Part shown: piece after piece, positions 19,627-29,461 of the stretch
Layout: each line of letters opens with the position of its first letter
How positions within the stretch are numbered: the first letter of the stretch is position 1
Assembly (NCBI GenBank): GCA_963703315.1
Contig: OY969811.1
Location: 3,776,001 to 3,840,000 of the forward strand
Reading direction: 5' to 3'
DNA length: 64,000 bases
Source: an uncultured cyanobacterium
Lineage (GTDB): Bacteria > Cyanobacteriota > Cyanobacteriia > Pseudanabaenales > Pseudanabaenaceae
Made by a program: the position numbers and the translations under genes
The notes under the pieces: generated by a model
Told to the model about the DNA's origin: nothing
Seen by the model: the letters and a program-made list of their open reading frames with translations, nothing else
Databases searched by the model: none

Positions 19627-20697
19627 CTAAGGACGTGTGAGGGCTTTTCTAAAGTGATCGTTTACACCAACAACATCTGGTAAATCACCAACTCCTATAA
19701 GCTGAAATCCATTAGCTGCTGTCATGGGGACTGAATTAGCATTACATAATGCATTAGGTCGTCCTTCAATATGAATATGAGAATAGCCACCATTAACAGA
19801 ACTTGCGCGGGAAACAACTCCCAATTGCTGACCAGCATTTACTCTTGCTCCATTAGCTACTTGGCGATCCATGTGACCAATCAATAAAGCACGGTTGTTC
19901 CCAATATCTAAACAAACCAAGTCTCTGTCAACATATCGAGCAGTACCAGCGGACGGAGCTAGAACAGGCTGCCCTGCTGATTTACTAGTATTGCCATCAT
20001 AAGCATAACAACCACTGGAACCAAAATCTTTATTAGTGATTGTGAGATCTAAACCAAAAATACTACGTCCTTTATGGCTAATACCATTGTTCTGATATCC
20101 TTGACAAACAAACCAAGTCTGACCACTTTTAAAAGGCAAGAGAATCTGTCCAGGAGGGGGAGGAACTATCGTTCCTCCGTTAATTTTGAACCTCTGATTC
20201 ACACCAGAATTGCATTGCCAGAGAGTGACTGCACCTCCATCATTACGAGTAGGACTGTCAATGCAGAATCGAACATTATTCCTGATCTCAGAAAGTCTAA
20301 TCTGGACATCACCGTTGGACAGGTTTTCAACATTGAAATTTTGGTCAAGATCATTGGCGTTACAGGGATAAACATTGACCTCAGCCCCATTCCATCGACG
20401 ATAGGCATTTAGGCATTTACCAGTGCTGCGCTGACGTAAAAGTTGACCGCCTCTAGCTCCTTGCAATCTATCAAAGTGTTGATCTGCATCATTAAAGTTG
20501 TGTGTCCAAATAGACATTCTTGGATGCCCGTCAATTAGACGGAAGTTACGATTAGTGTTAAGCGCTTTATTGCTATTATTAATGACAAAAGTTTCGGCAG
20601 ATGCAGCAGCACTGAGAATAGTAACTCCAGCGAGGATCGAAAAAGAACTGGCAACTAGTGCTAAACATTGTTTAGGATTCATAATACCTTTAGCCAT
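19627..20697 (-). CDS. Secreted ricin-type beta-trefoil lectin fused to an M23-like peptidase
   Basis: Signal peptide ending ASA; GKCLNA, YPCN..D.DQNF, FCID, WQCN..VNQRF lectin motifs; SH....GLD, VLAPSAG and HIH M23 motifs. Confidence 0.8.
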   Translation of the reverse strand: MAKGIMNPKQCLALVASSFSILAGVTILSAAASAETFVINNSNKALNTNRNFRLIDGHPRMSIWTHNFNDADQHFDRLQGARGGQLLRQRSTGKCLNAYRRWNGAEVNVYPCNANDLDQNFNVENLSNGDVQIRLSEIRNNVRFCIDSPTRNDGGAVTLWQCNSGVNQRFKINGGTIVPPPPGQILLPFKSGQTWFVCQGYQNNGISHKGRSIFGLDLTITNKDFGSSGCYAYDGNTSKSAGQPVLAPSAGTARYVDRDLVCLDIGNNRALLIGHMDRQVANGARVNAGQQLGVVSRASSVNGGYSHIHIEGRPNALCNANSVPMTAANGFQLIGVGDLPDVVGVNDHFRKALTRP

Positions 20698-20771
20698 AAT
20701 GATTAATACCTTGAAGTAGATTGAATTAGTTGAAGCAAAATATTAGAGGTGCGATTTTTGAGAGAAAATTG

Positions 20772-21080
20772 TTAGTTAATCCATCGTAGATTTTGAGCTT
20801 GAGAAGAAGAGATGCAAACTACATTTCCATCTTTCTCTCGACATACGACCTGATCGTTTTGAGTAAGAGTTTGCCATTTAGACCAATCGAAAAAGGTTGG
20901 AATAAAACCGACACTCTTATTTTGAGAGGGGTTTTCAATAAGGTTCCCATTAGCATCAGTAAATACAGATTCATCACCACCTCCAGCCAGAGCTTTTGGG
21001 GTATTGAAAATAATGCTAAGAAATCCAATAGATGATAGAAGTAGTAAACTTCTTTTAAGAGATACTTTGTTTGAGTACAT
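20772..21080 (-). CDS. Small secreted hypothetical protein
   Basis: 102 aa, signal peptide ending ALA, paired Cys (VCR...VCI), AGAGG Shine-Dalgarno upstream. Confidence 0.65.
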   Translation of the reverse strand: MYSNKVSLKRSLLLLSSIGFLSIIFNTPKALAGGGDESVFTDANGNLIENPSQNKSVGFIPTFFDWSKWQTLTQNDQVVCREKDGNVVCISSSQAQNLRWIN

Positions 21081-21239
21081 TCATAGATTCCTCTATATGA
21101 TGGTTAGCAAATTAAATGATTCAATGTTTATGAGTCCTTATTTCAGAACCTACATATTCTTTCTGTAAGGATTGAGAAGCTATACACTGAACTTAAATAT
21201 TTTTTGTTGAGTGGATTTGCTTCATCGCTTACATTTATT

Positions 21240-21269
21240 TCTTCTGTGGAGTTCATGGCACTTATGCAG
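21240..21269 (-). promoter_or_regulatory. Putative alternative-sigma promoter, copy 2
   Basis: Minus strand CTGCATAA-N14-ACAGAAGA upstream of the 21080 and 20697 genes. Confidence 0.6.
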
Positions 21270-21361
21270 CGATTAACTAAAAACTTTTTTTACTTGCTTT
21301 GTGAGTTGACAAAAATAGGAGAGTCTACAACCATTGCAGCCTCTCCTATGGGTTTACTAAT

Positions 21362-21571
21362 TTAGCGGAAGCCCTCAATAATGACCAGAATCAAAACTAG
21401 GCAAATCACTATAAACATGGTGCGCCATAGTCCAATTAAAAAGGTGGGTAATATTTCAATAACGATCGCATAGCCACCAAAAACTGTGGGTAAAATAAGA
21501 GCGATCGCTAGTCCTGCGATCGCAAACATCAGAAACTTAAGTAAATGAGGGACAAAACGCAACATAGACAT
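21362..21571 (-). CDS. Small two-TM membrane protein
   Basis: 69 aa, two hydrophobic helices, GGAG Shine-Dalgarno upstream. Confidence 0.6.
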   Translation of the reverse strand: MSMLRFVPHLLKFLMFAIAGLAIALILPTVFGGYAIVIEILPTFLIGLWRTMFIVICLVLILVIIEGFR

Positions 21572-21613
21572 AACAACTCCACAGATTGCCTGTTCCGATC
21601 CTTACGAGACTTA

Positions 21614-21641
21614 TATTCTGAGAGGTTATGGTTTTATTGCA
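21614..21641 (-). promoter_or_regulatory. Putative alternative-sigma promoter, copy 3
   Basis: Minus strand TGCA-N16-TCAGAATA, 43 nt upstream of the ATG at 21571. Confidence 0.55.
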
Positions 21642-21669
21642 TTGCTGATTGAGGCTAATTTGAACCCTA

Positions 21670-21699
21670 CTGCATAAAAGGCGATCGCTGATCAGAATA
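21670..21699 (+). promoter_or_regulatory. Putative alternative-sigma promoter, copy 4 (autoregulatory position)
   Basis: CTGCATAA-N14-TCAGAATA, about 50 nt upstream of the sigma ORF. Confidence 0.6.
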
Positions 21700-21748
21700 T
21701 GTAGATGTATAGCTAGAGCGATCGCTTGTTAGCTAAAATATTAGTAAT

Positions 21749-23239
21749 ATGCGATCGCTACAGTCAGTCATTTTTGAGCAGGGAAAGCGCATGAGCTTAG
21801 CAAAACGCAGTTTGAGAAAAAAATTTTCAACATTTAAAGGATCGGGATCGGAATGGAGCAGTCCAAATTCAACGCTACTAAAAAATATAGAAAGACTCCT
21901 AAATTTGGAAGACTTTCGTGATGCTAAGGAAGAAACTGTAGCTCTTTATTTCGTAAAGTGCCTGAGTAGTAGCAATGAAAAAGTTGTTGAACTAAGTCGC
22001 CAACACCTAATTGCTTATGCCCAAGAGCATTGCTATCATGCTTGCAAAGAGCTATGCAAGAAATTTAATAAGAACGAAAAAGACGAGATTTTTGAAGATT
22101 GTTTTCAAGCTGGCAATATGGCAATCTGTCAAGTTAATTTCTTTACTAATTACAGACCACAAAGTGGCAATACACTTGGGACTTACATTAGTAACGCAGT
22201 TAAGAAGAAAGCTATTGAAATCTTGACTGGCGGTGGGAATAATGTCAGAAGTAATTGGGGATTATTAGCTATTGTGTCAAAAAAACAAATAAAAGAAATT
22301 TTACCTTTAATCCCAGAAATATCTTCAGGTCGAGAACAGCAAAACTACATTCAAATACACAAATTCTATAAGGAAATTTGCAAACCTTCAAAAACTGGCA
22401 AGAAAAGAGAAAAACCATCTGAACAACAACTTCAAGCAATTTGTGATTGTTTCAATAAAGTTTACCCTCACAAACTACAAACTGAAGAAGCACTAGAAAT
22501 GCTCCGTGATTGTATTGCTGCACTTAGGGAACAACAGAATTTTATTGACTCACGAGGATTAGATGCGCCATTGGGGGGTGAAGATAATAGTACTTTGCTA
22601 ATTGATACTATCTCATACGATAGTGAGCCAAATATTATCGATGAAGGTGATGATTCTTACTTCGGATCAATTCGTGAAGGATTAGTTCAGATTGTTGCAC
22701 AAGACTTAGACTCGTTGGACAATGATAAACAAGGAAAATTCACTTTTTTGCATGGATTTGATTGTACGACAACTGAAGTTGCGAATCTTTATAAAGTAAA
22801 TCAATCAACTATCTCAAGGCTTTATAATCCAATTGTTGAGTCCTGCTTAAATTACAGCAAAACTTTTGTTAGTGATTTTACTGATGACACATTCTTAATT
22901 AAGGCTTTACGTGATTGGCTGAAGCAACATCTTGCATTTATTTACACTAGTTTGCTTTATGAAGTTGTCGATTCACTGGTTATGAGTCAATTGCATAAGA
23001 CAGAAATATCTTTTTTGAATGATTTGAGAGTAACTGGGAGGACGGAGCAATTGGCGCAAAATTTGAATCAATCAACAGAATATATAAATGAGGAAAGGAA
23101 AAGATTAAAAGATGCAATTACAGGACTGGTAGTTAATCATTTAAAAACCAATTTTAATATCCTTGCACCACTTTATCCTGTAGCTCCAAAAATTGATGAA
23201 TTTATCGATAAGTGGATGTGCGATCGCCCTACCAACTAA
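21749..23239 (+). CDS. Divergent sigma-70 family RNA polymerase sigma factor (DUF1822-associated type)
   Basis: Region-2-like HLIAYAQEHCY..EDCFQ, region-3-like LDAPLG, HTH TTTEVANLYKVNQSTISR; alternative start at 21791. Confidence 0.72.
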   Translation: MRSLQSVIFEQGKRMSLAKRSLRKKFSTFKGSGSEWSSPNSTLLKNIERLLNLEDFRDAKEETVALYFVKCLSSSNEKVVELSRQHLIAYAQEHCYHACKELCKKFNKNEKDEIFEDCFQAGNMAICQVNFFTNYRPQSGNTLGTYISNAVKKKAIEILTGGGNNVRSNWGLLAIVSKKQIKEILPLIPEISSGREQQNYIQIHKFYKEICKPSKTGKKREKPSEQQLQAICDCFNKVYPHKLQTEEALEMLRDCIAALREQQNFIDSRGLDAPLGGEDNSTLLIDTISYDSEPNIIDEGDDSYFGSIREGLVQIVAQDLDSLDNDKQGKFTFLHGFDCTTTEVANLYKVNQSTISRLYNPIVESCLNYSKTFVSDFTDDTFLIKALRDWLKQHLAFIYTSLLYEVVDSLVMSQLHKTEISFLNDLRVTGRTEQLAQNLNQSTEYINEERKRLKDAITGLVVNHLKTNFNILAPLYPVAPKIDEFIDKWMCDRPTN

Positions 23240-23283
23240 AACCTAACTTTTTATTTAATTTTATCTAAACAAAACTGAGGTAT

Positions 23284-24744
23284 ATGATGTTAATTCTAAA
23301 AAATGGGCTTGAACTTGAATCTATTCTCGAAGACCAGATATGTTTATCTATTCCTAAAGAATATCAAACAGAAATATGGGATAAACTACAAGGATATTCC
23401 TATCCTACGGCAAAGTGGACAGCTTATCTCAATCGCTTGACTTTAGAGTTTATAATTCCATACTTTAAACAAACCTATGATTGTGAAATAGCACTGGCTC
23501 CAATTCCTAGAAATCCTGATAGTGTTTGGGAATATGTGACAGGCTTTGCGCTGACGATTGACGGTAACCGGGTAATCGTGATTCCTGATGAGACTGATAG
23601 TGATGAGTTTGAGATCCCCTTTGAATGGGTTGATATTCCTTCATGGGCTGGGGAATATTATCTAGCGGTGCAGATCCGTCCTGATAATGGTTGGTTGAGA
23701 GTCTTTGGCTTTACGACACATCAGCAGATTAAACAGAAAGCTGAGTATGACTCTGTGATGAAGACTTACACTTTGTCGCAGGAGCAAATCATTGATGATA
23801 TGGAGGTTTTGTTGACATCATTGGCGATCGCCTCTAACCAAAAAGTAGCAGTCCCCGCACTGACAGTGATCGCCACACCTCAACAGAATCAATATCTGAA
23901 TACTCTTAAACAGCCTAAATTATATTCTCCTCGCCTTGAGCTATCCGCCGAGCATTGGGCAACCGTTGTCAGTGATGATGACTTGCGGGAGAGACTATGG
24001 CAGATGAGAATAATTGAATCATCACGATCGCAGAAAATTGTGCAACAAAAAACAACTTGGCTAAGTCTATTGCGTGAAAAGCAGAAAGTATATGGGGCTT
24101 ACTTTGCTGATGAATTCATGAGAACTAAGGAAGAAATTGCGGCACTATTTAATATTGAACCAGAATTGCAACTTGTAAGGTCAGTAAGACGATCAACGTC
24201 AACTATTGATAACTCAGAGAGAGTTGCAGAATTAATTGCTTGGGATAAATCGGAATCTGATCTAGGTATTAGGCTTGACTTCTTAAAACTCTTAGCAAAA
24301 GTGGGTGAAGGCAGTAATGCAGCAATTGAGTACTTCAGTTCAATACAAGAAAATGAGACAGAGGATCTAACAATTCGCCGTGAGGCTGCAATTTGCTTGA
24401 GTGAGATTGATCCATCTCATCGTAATGCTGGTATCAGGCGGGTACAATTGATCGATATTACTTATCGACTTAAAGATATCAAGCTTTCTTTAGAAGTGAC
24501 GATGATCCCATTTACTCAAGATAGAGCGCACGTTCACTTTCGTTTAACTGCACCAGAAGAAAGTTCTTTGCCAGATGGTCTTGTTTTGGCAGCGATCGAC
24601 CTTGATAGTGATGTAATCTTTGAAGAACATAGTGGAGAATCAGATCCATTTTTGGAGAGAAGTCTTGATGAAGAATATGGTGGATATTTCTACATCAAAA
24701 TAAGTCTTGATGGTGTCAGCGTTCGGTCAGACTTTAGAGTTTAG
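23284..24744 (+). CDS. DUF1822 family protein with HEAT-like insert
   Basis: WTAYLNRL, SVWEYVTG, IPFEWVDIPSWAGEYYLAVQ, GFTTHQQIK; C-terminal LPDGLVL beta domain. Confidence 0.85.
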   Translation: MMLILKNGLELESILEDQICLSIPKEYQTEIWDKLQGYSYPTAKWTAYLNRLTLEFIIPYFKQTYDCEIALAPIPRNPDSVWEYVTGFALTIDGNRVIVIPDETDSDEFEIPFEWVDIPSWAGEYYLAVQIRPDNGWLRVFGFTTHQQIKQKAEYDSVMKTYTLSQEQIIDDMEVLLTSLAIASNQKVAVPALTVIATPQQNQYLNTLKQPKLYSPRLELSAEHWATVVSDDDLRERLWQMRIIESSRSQKIVQQKTTWLSLLREKQKVYGAYFADEFMRTKEEIAALFNIEPELQLVRSVRRSTSTIDNSERVAELIAWDKSESDLGIRLDFLKLLAKVGEGSNAAIEYFSSIQENETEDLTIRREAAICLSEIDPSHRNAGIRRVQLIDITYRLKDIKLSLEVTMIPFTQDRAHVHFRLTAPEESSLPDGLVLAAIDLDSDVIFEEHSGESDPFLERSLDEEYGGYFYIKISLDGVSVRSDFRV

Positions 24745-24753
24745 AGGTGTATT

Positions 24754-27270
24754 ATGAAAAGAATCTTTCAAAGCATATCAACTCTGTGGCAAAAATCTTT
24801 TGCTGGTTCTAGCTCACCATCACAAATTTTTCTAGGTTTGAAGGGTGAAGATGTTTTAGAATCGCCCAAAAATCCAAATGAGACTAAAAGTTTATCAGTT
24901 TCATTGTATGAGGGGCATTCTAGGATTATTGAAGATATTAACTTGCCTATTACAAAAGAGCTTTTGGATGTTATCAAACAATTTCCTACTCTTTTGGAAG
25001 GAAGAAATTCAGGCACTCCTAGAAAAGCTAAATCAACTGAAAACGAACAGACTAGCAGTAAGCAAACTGATGCCAGTAGTTCGTCTGATAAAATTGCTGA
25101 AAGGTTAGAGAATGTGATCAATGAATTAACTACTGGTCACAAGGGATTCAGAATAGTAAGAGATAAAATTCGTGACAAATTAGTTAATAGTCAATTGGCT
25201 TATAGTCTGCCACAACCAGAGTTTTTCATTCAATATAAAGATCCCAATATTGCTCAAATTCCATTCCATAAGTGGGAAATCTTAGAATCATTTGAGATCG
25301 AGCCTGTGTTTAGTGAATTTAATGTTAAACTTTGTGATCATTCTTACAGCAAGAGAAAAAATCCTCGCATCCTGATTGTTTTAGGTAATGCGTACAATCA
25401 TGGACAAGATAATCTTAACTTACAGGCTGATATTGAAGAATGGAAAGCTGATTCTCTACCTAATGTGGATATAACAACTATTACACCTTTGAATTATAAA
25501 GATATCGATTCTCAATTATGGGAAAAGAAATGGGACATTTTATATTTTGCAGGTCACAGTGATACTAAAAATGGTGAAACTCTGATTGAGCTTAATAACG
25601 AATTTAAAATAAGTTTAAAAAAACTGCAAGAGGGTCTAAAGATAGCAGTAAAGAAGGGCTTAAAATTAGCTATTTTCAATTCCTGCGTGAGTTTAGGGGC
25701 AGCAGCCGACCTACATCAAGCTGGTGTGCCAGCAGTTATAGCTATGCGTTATGCGATCCCTGATACTGTTGCTCATACTTTTCTGAAATTCTTCTTGCAA
25801 GAACATTTAAACGGAGGTAAATCGGTTAGTGCGGCAGTACAAAGAGTTAGAAAACGTTTTAAAGGGCTTGAAGATCAAGGTGATAAAACCTATATATTCG
25901 CTAGTTGGTTGCCTGTTGTTTTTCAAATTCCTAGTATTGCAAATCCTCCTAGAACTTCGCTGTTGCCAGTAATTGCCACCTCATTTTTTGTAACTTGCCT
26001 AGTTTTCTTTCTCCATACACAAGGCATATTTCAAGGAGCCGAGCTATCTCTATACGATCACATGATGAACTCTCGACCTGCCGAACCTCTCAATCCCAAT
26101 ATAATATTAGTGAAGCCAACACTAGCTGATCAAGTATGGCAGAAAGAACAAGGTGAACAATTGCAGGGGGATGAATCAATAGGTGATAAACATTTATGGA
26201 AACTACTGGAGAAATTAGATGAAGCGAAACCAAGAGTGATTGGTATGGCTCTTTGGCGAGGGTATTCAAAATCCGTAGATCCTGAGAGTAAAAAAAGAAT
26301 TGATAATAGGTTAGCAAGTACTCAATCGCCAATTTTAGTTTCTAATTGTGCAACTAGAACCAAAAATGATGAGCCAGATCGGCTTCCTCCTGAAACTATC
26401 AAACTTGGTCATCCTCATATTGGATTTACAAATTTTTCCATTGATAGATATTTTGACAATACCCTGAGAAGATTAGTATTGATTAGAAGAGATGATCAGA
26501 GTGCTTGCAGTAAACTCACCAATATTTCTTTCCCATTTCAAATTGTCTTAGACTATCTAGGAATATCATTTCAAGAAGTAATAGATGGATTAAAACCTTT
26601 AGAAGGGAAAGTAAGCATTGAGATGAAAGGTGTTTATCTTTCCAATATTACAACAAAGCAAGGTGGGTATCAAGTTAATCCTTCAGATGAAGGATTATCA
26701 AATCAACTAACAATTCTTTTTAATTACAAAAATCATGATGGTTACAGTCCCGATACAGATTACAACCAAATTTTTTCCTTAAAAGAAATTCTTTCCCTTG
26801 ACAAAGAATCATTGAAAGACATGGTTCACGATAAGATAGTTGTAATTGGTGGTTCTGGAGAAGAATCATTTAATTTCCCTTCCAGTAAGAGCAACATTAA
26901 ATCTATTGCACATTCATATGTTCATATTCAAGCTATTGATTATTTGTTGAGAATTTTTAATTCTAAAGGAGCCAAGATATTAGATATTCTCAAAAATAAT
27001 CTATTTCTTTTTTTGTATAGCTTACTTTATATATCGTTTGTATCAATTATCCTACAAATGATAATTCATAAGTTTGATAAACATCAATTTATTTCTTTGT
27101 CCATAGCAATTTTACTCGCCACGCTTATCATTTTTTATACTCATCAAATTATTTTGGCAAAATTATTATTATGGATTCCCTCTATACCAATACTATGGGG
27201 TATTATAGTCTCCAGTTTTGTTCTATCTTTTTACAAATTTATAAACATCTACTACAATAGAAATAATTAG
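24754..27270 (+). CDS. CHAT (caspase-like) protease - TM - CHASE2 sensor - 3 TM
   Basis: YFAGHS and LAIFNSC (His/Cys dyad), ASWLPV, ELSLYDHMM..RP, PRVIG, DKIVVIG; three C-terminal TM helices. Confidence 0.85.
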   Translation: MKRIFQSISTLWQKSFAGSSSPSQIFLGLKGEDVLESPKNPNETKSLSVSLYEGHSRIIEDINLPITKELLDVIKQFPTLLEGRNSGTPRKAKSTENEQTSSKQTDASSSSDKIAERLENVINELTTGHKGFRIVRDKIRDKLVNSQLAYSLPQPEFFIQYKDPNIAQIPFHKWEILESFEIEPVFSEFNVKLCDHSYSKRKNPRILIVLGNAYNHGQDNLNLQADIEEWKADSLPNVDITTITPLNYKDIDSQLWEKKWDILYFAGHSDTKNGETLIELNNEFKISLKKLQEGLKIAVKKGLKLAIFNSCVSLGAAADLHQAGVPAVIAMRYAIPDTVAHTFLKFFLQEHLNGGKSVSAAVQRVRKRFKGLEDQGDKTYIFASWLPVVFQIPSIANPPRTSLLPVIATSFFVTCLVFFLHTQGIFQGAELSLYDHMMNSRPAEPLNPNIILVKPTLADQVWQKEQGEQLQGDESIGDKHLWKLLEKLDEAKPRVIGMALWRGYSKSVDPESKKRIDNRLASTQSPILVSNCATRTKNDEPDRLPPETIKLGHPHIGFTNFSIDRYFDNTLRRLVLIRRDDQSACSKLTNISFPFQIVLDYLGISFQEVIDGLKPLEGKVSIEMKGVYLSNITTKQGGYQVNPSDEGLSNQLTILFNYKNHDGYSPDTDYNQIFSLKEILSLDKESLKDMVHDKIVVIGGSGEESFNFPSSKSNIKSIAHSYVHIQAIDYLLRIFNSKGAKILDILKNNLFLFLYSLLYISFVSIILQMIIHKFDKHQFISLSIAILLATLIIFYTHQIILAKLLLWIPSIPILWGIIVSSFVLSFYKFINIYYNRNN

Positions 27271-27306
27271 TTATCCTTGACACGAGACTACATCTAAAAT
27301 AATTCT

Positions 27307-28134
27307 ATGGCTAGTAACATTTTCAAATTTCTTACTAAACACCCAACTGCCATCAAAATTCTATGTGTATCGATATACATGATTTTATTCAGTTTTATAC
27401 TAACTAAAGAAGATACTTTTGCAAATAAGAAGACCAAACCTTCACGTAGTCTACCAATTAAGTCAGTCGTATCAGATGGAAGCCAAGGTAGAACAAGAGG
27501 TGAATGCTTGATTATCCCAATCATTCCAATAACCGAAGTATCTATTACTCATTTGTCTAATCCGTTTATTTGGGTGTATGTAGTACCGCCCAAAACAACA
27601 AGTAATAATGAGCGGGCTAAGGTAGATATATTCTATTCTGATTCCAATCAAACTATAGGTTCAGAACCACAGTATATTAATACTAATGAGCCACAGTTCC
27701 TTAGATTCCAGATCCCTATTACCAGAAAGAAAGAACTTCAAAATAAACTGGAAGTAGATAAAGAGTATGATTTCAACATTAGATGTAATGGAGATGGCAA
27801 CTCTATCATTGTAGCAGTTCAGAAAAAGAATAGTAATATTTCGTTTGCTAATCTGCCATTAGATAAGCGCGTAGTAGAATTTAGCAAGCAGACTTGGTGG
27901 GCTGAGACTGTAGATGCTCTGTTTGATAAAGAATTTTTATGTAAAGATAAACCAAACACAGTAGAGCTATTTGATGATCTTGTTCGTAATAAGCTACTAA
28001 TTGAAGATGTATTCAATAAACCAGTTCGAGCAATAGCAGCAAATCCTACTGAAGATGTTGATATTGTGAATATTGATAGGATGGTTAGAACATTCAATGA
28101 AGCCTATTCTAAGAAGATCTGTATCCCAAAGTAA
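27307..28134 (+). CDS. DUF928-like exported protein
   Basis: N-terminal hydrophobic segment; GRTRGEC, PFIWVYV and WWAETVDAL resemble DUF928 motifs; follows the CHASE2 gene. Confidence 0.6.
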   Translation: MASNIFKFLTKHPTAIKILCVSIYMILFSFILTKEDTFANKKTKPSRSLPIKSVVSDGSQGRTRGECLIIPIIPITEVSITHLSNPFIWVYVVPPKTTSNNERAKVDIFYSDSNQTIGSEPQYINTNEPQFLRFQIPITRKKELQNKLEVDKEYDFNIRCNGDGNSIIVAVQKKNSNISFANLPLDKRVVEFSKQTWWAETVDALFDKEFLCKDKPNTVELFDDLVRNKLLIEDVFNKPVRAIAANPTEDVDIVNIDRMVRTFNEAYSKKICIPK

Positions 28135-28192
28135 AGAATATACAAATAAAATCAGGTAGATTACAAGATTTGTGACTACCTAATTTTATTTA

Positions 28193-29461
28193 CTACCAAG
28201 GGTTCCCGATGAGTGTAAAGGCGCTCCACGAAGATGGATGAGATAGCTTTGGATCTTTGGATAGACTAAGGCTAAGTTGCGTATTTTTTAAAGCATTGGC
28301 TTTGATGATTTTAGTATTAAATTTAAGTTCTTGATATAACTTTTCCATAAAAACAGGGGATTCTTTATCTCCTATTTTCCATAAAGTGCCAATTACAGAC
28401 TGTACACCTATTCTTGCAGCTAATCCTGCAAATCCCTGTTCTGATTTGATATTGCCTTGAGCCGTTTGACAAGCACTAAGAACAAGCATAGCTACTGTAG
28501 GATTATTCCAATTAAATTGACGAATCTCATTAAAACTAAATGAACCATTTTTAAAGTATATTTCTCCAATCCCATTTGTCTCATTAAATTTAGCATGAGT
28601 GGCTAGATGAATAAGACCAAATCCAATCGGATTATATAATTTGTCTTTTACTTGCTCAATATCTTGATTTAAATTTTGTTGTGTCATCCATATTTTAGTA
28701 ATCTTGGTTAGCTCTTCTGGAACACCAGGTAACTGCGTTTGTGATATGGGTTTTTCAAATCTAGACGCTCCAATTGCTAGGAGATTTTTATCGTGTATGC
28801 TAGAGAGCCTTGTATCAGTTAAAGATAAGCTTGGCATTACCCCAACGCTGTAATCCGAAATAATATAATTATTCTGTTCATTGATCAAAGCAGCAAATGG
28901 TGTTTGTCGTAATGCATCAGGTAAGACAAGAGTGAGATTATCAATAGCTTGATTTTTTAAAGAATCATATAATGGCTTGATGAGCCATCGGTATAATTGC
29001 TTAGAGGAATCTATATGCTTTGTTTGATTTCTAGGATTGTAGTTAGATATATTTGTTCTGAAATTCTCGACACGATCTTTTAAATCCTTTCTGCGGATAT
29101 ATTGACCAGAATCTTTAACAGGAATATACGCAGGTTTGCCTTTGGCGGTTACTAGGGTTAGTTCTAGAATATCGCAAGAGTCAACGTCTTTAGTAGTTTC
29201 TAGCTTGACTGGTTCAGGATATGGGAGGGTGGAATTAATTGGAGGATTGTAACAAGGATCTTTAGGATCGCGTTGCGCCTTCCGATCGCCCATTCGATCA
29301 GGAAGGAAAGTTACATAGAGTAAAGCAGGATTCACTCCAGTTTCATTTTGCACACGGCGCAAGGTTTCTTGGATTTCTGCAAGTGTCATCACCTTAACTG
29401 GTTTGAGATCGGGAATAGAGTCGCTGAAAAACTTTTCAAACTCTCTGGTGTAAAACTCTTC
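28193..29461 (-). CDS. CHAT domain; C-terminal part of a frameshifted TpsA-CHAT fusion
   Basis: QLYRWLIKP, IHLATHA, LVLSACQTAQG, GTLWKI, WSAFTLIGNPW; frame stays open upstream of the GTG at 29392 (EEFYTREFEKFF...). Confidence 0.85.
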   Translation of the reverse strand, partial: EEFYTREFEKFFSDSIPDLKPVKVMTLAEIQETLRRVQNETGVNPALLYVTFLPDRMGDRKAQRDPKDPCYNPPINSTLPYPEPVKLETTKDVDSCDILELTLVTAKGKPAYIPVKDSGQYIRRKDLKDRVENFRTNISNYNPRNQTKHIDSSKQLYRWLIKPLYDSLKNQAIDNLTLVLPDALRQTPFAALINEQNNYIISDYSVGVMPSLSLTDTRLSSIHDKNLLAIGASRFEKPISQTQLPGVPEELTKITKIWMTQQNLNQDIEQVKDKLYNPIGFGLIHLATHAKFNETNGIGEIYFKNGSFSFNEIRQFNWNNPTVAMLVLSACQTAQGNIKSEQGFAGLAARIGVQSVIGTLWKIGDKESPVFMEKLYQELKFNTKIIKANALKNTQLSLSLSKDPKLSHPSSWSAFTLIGNPW

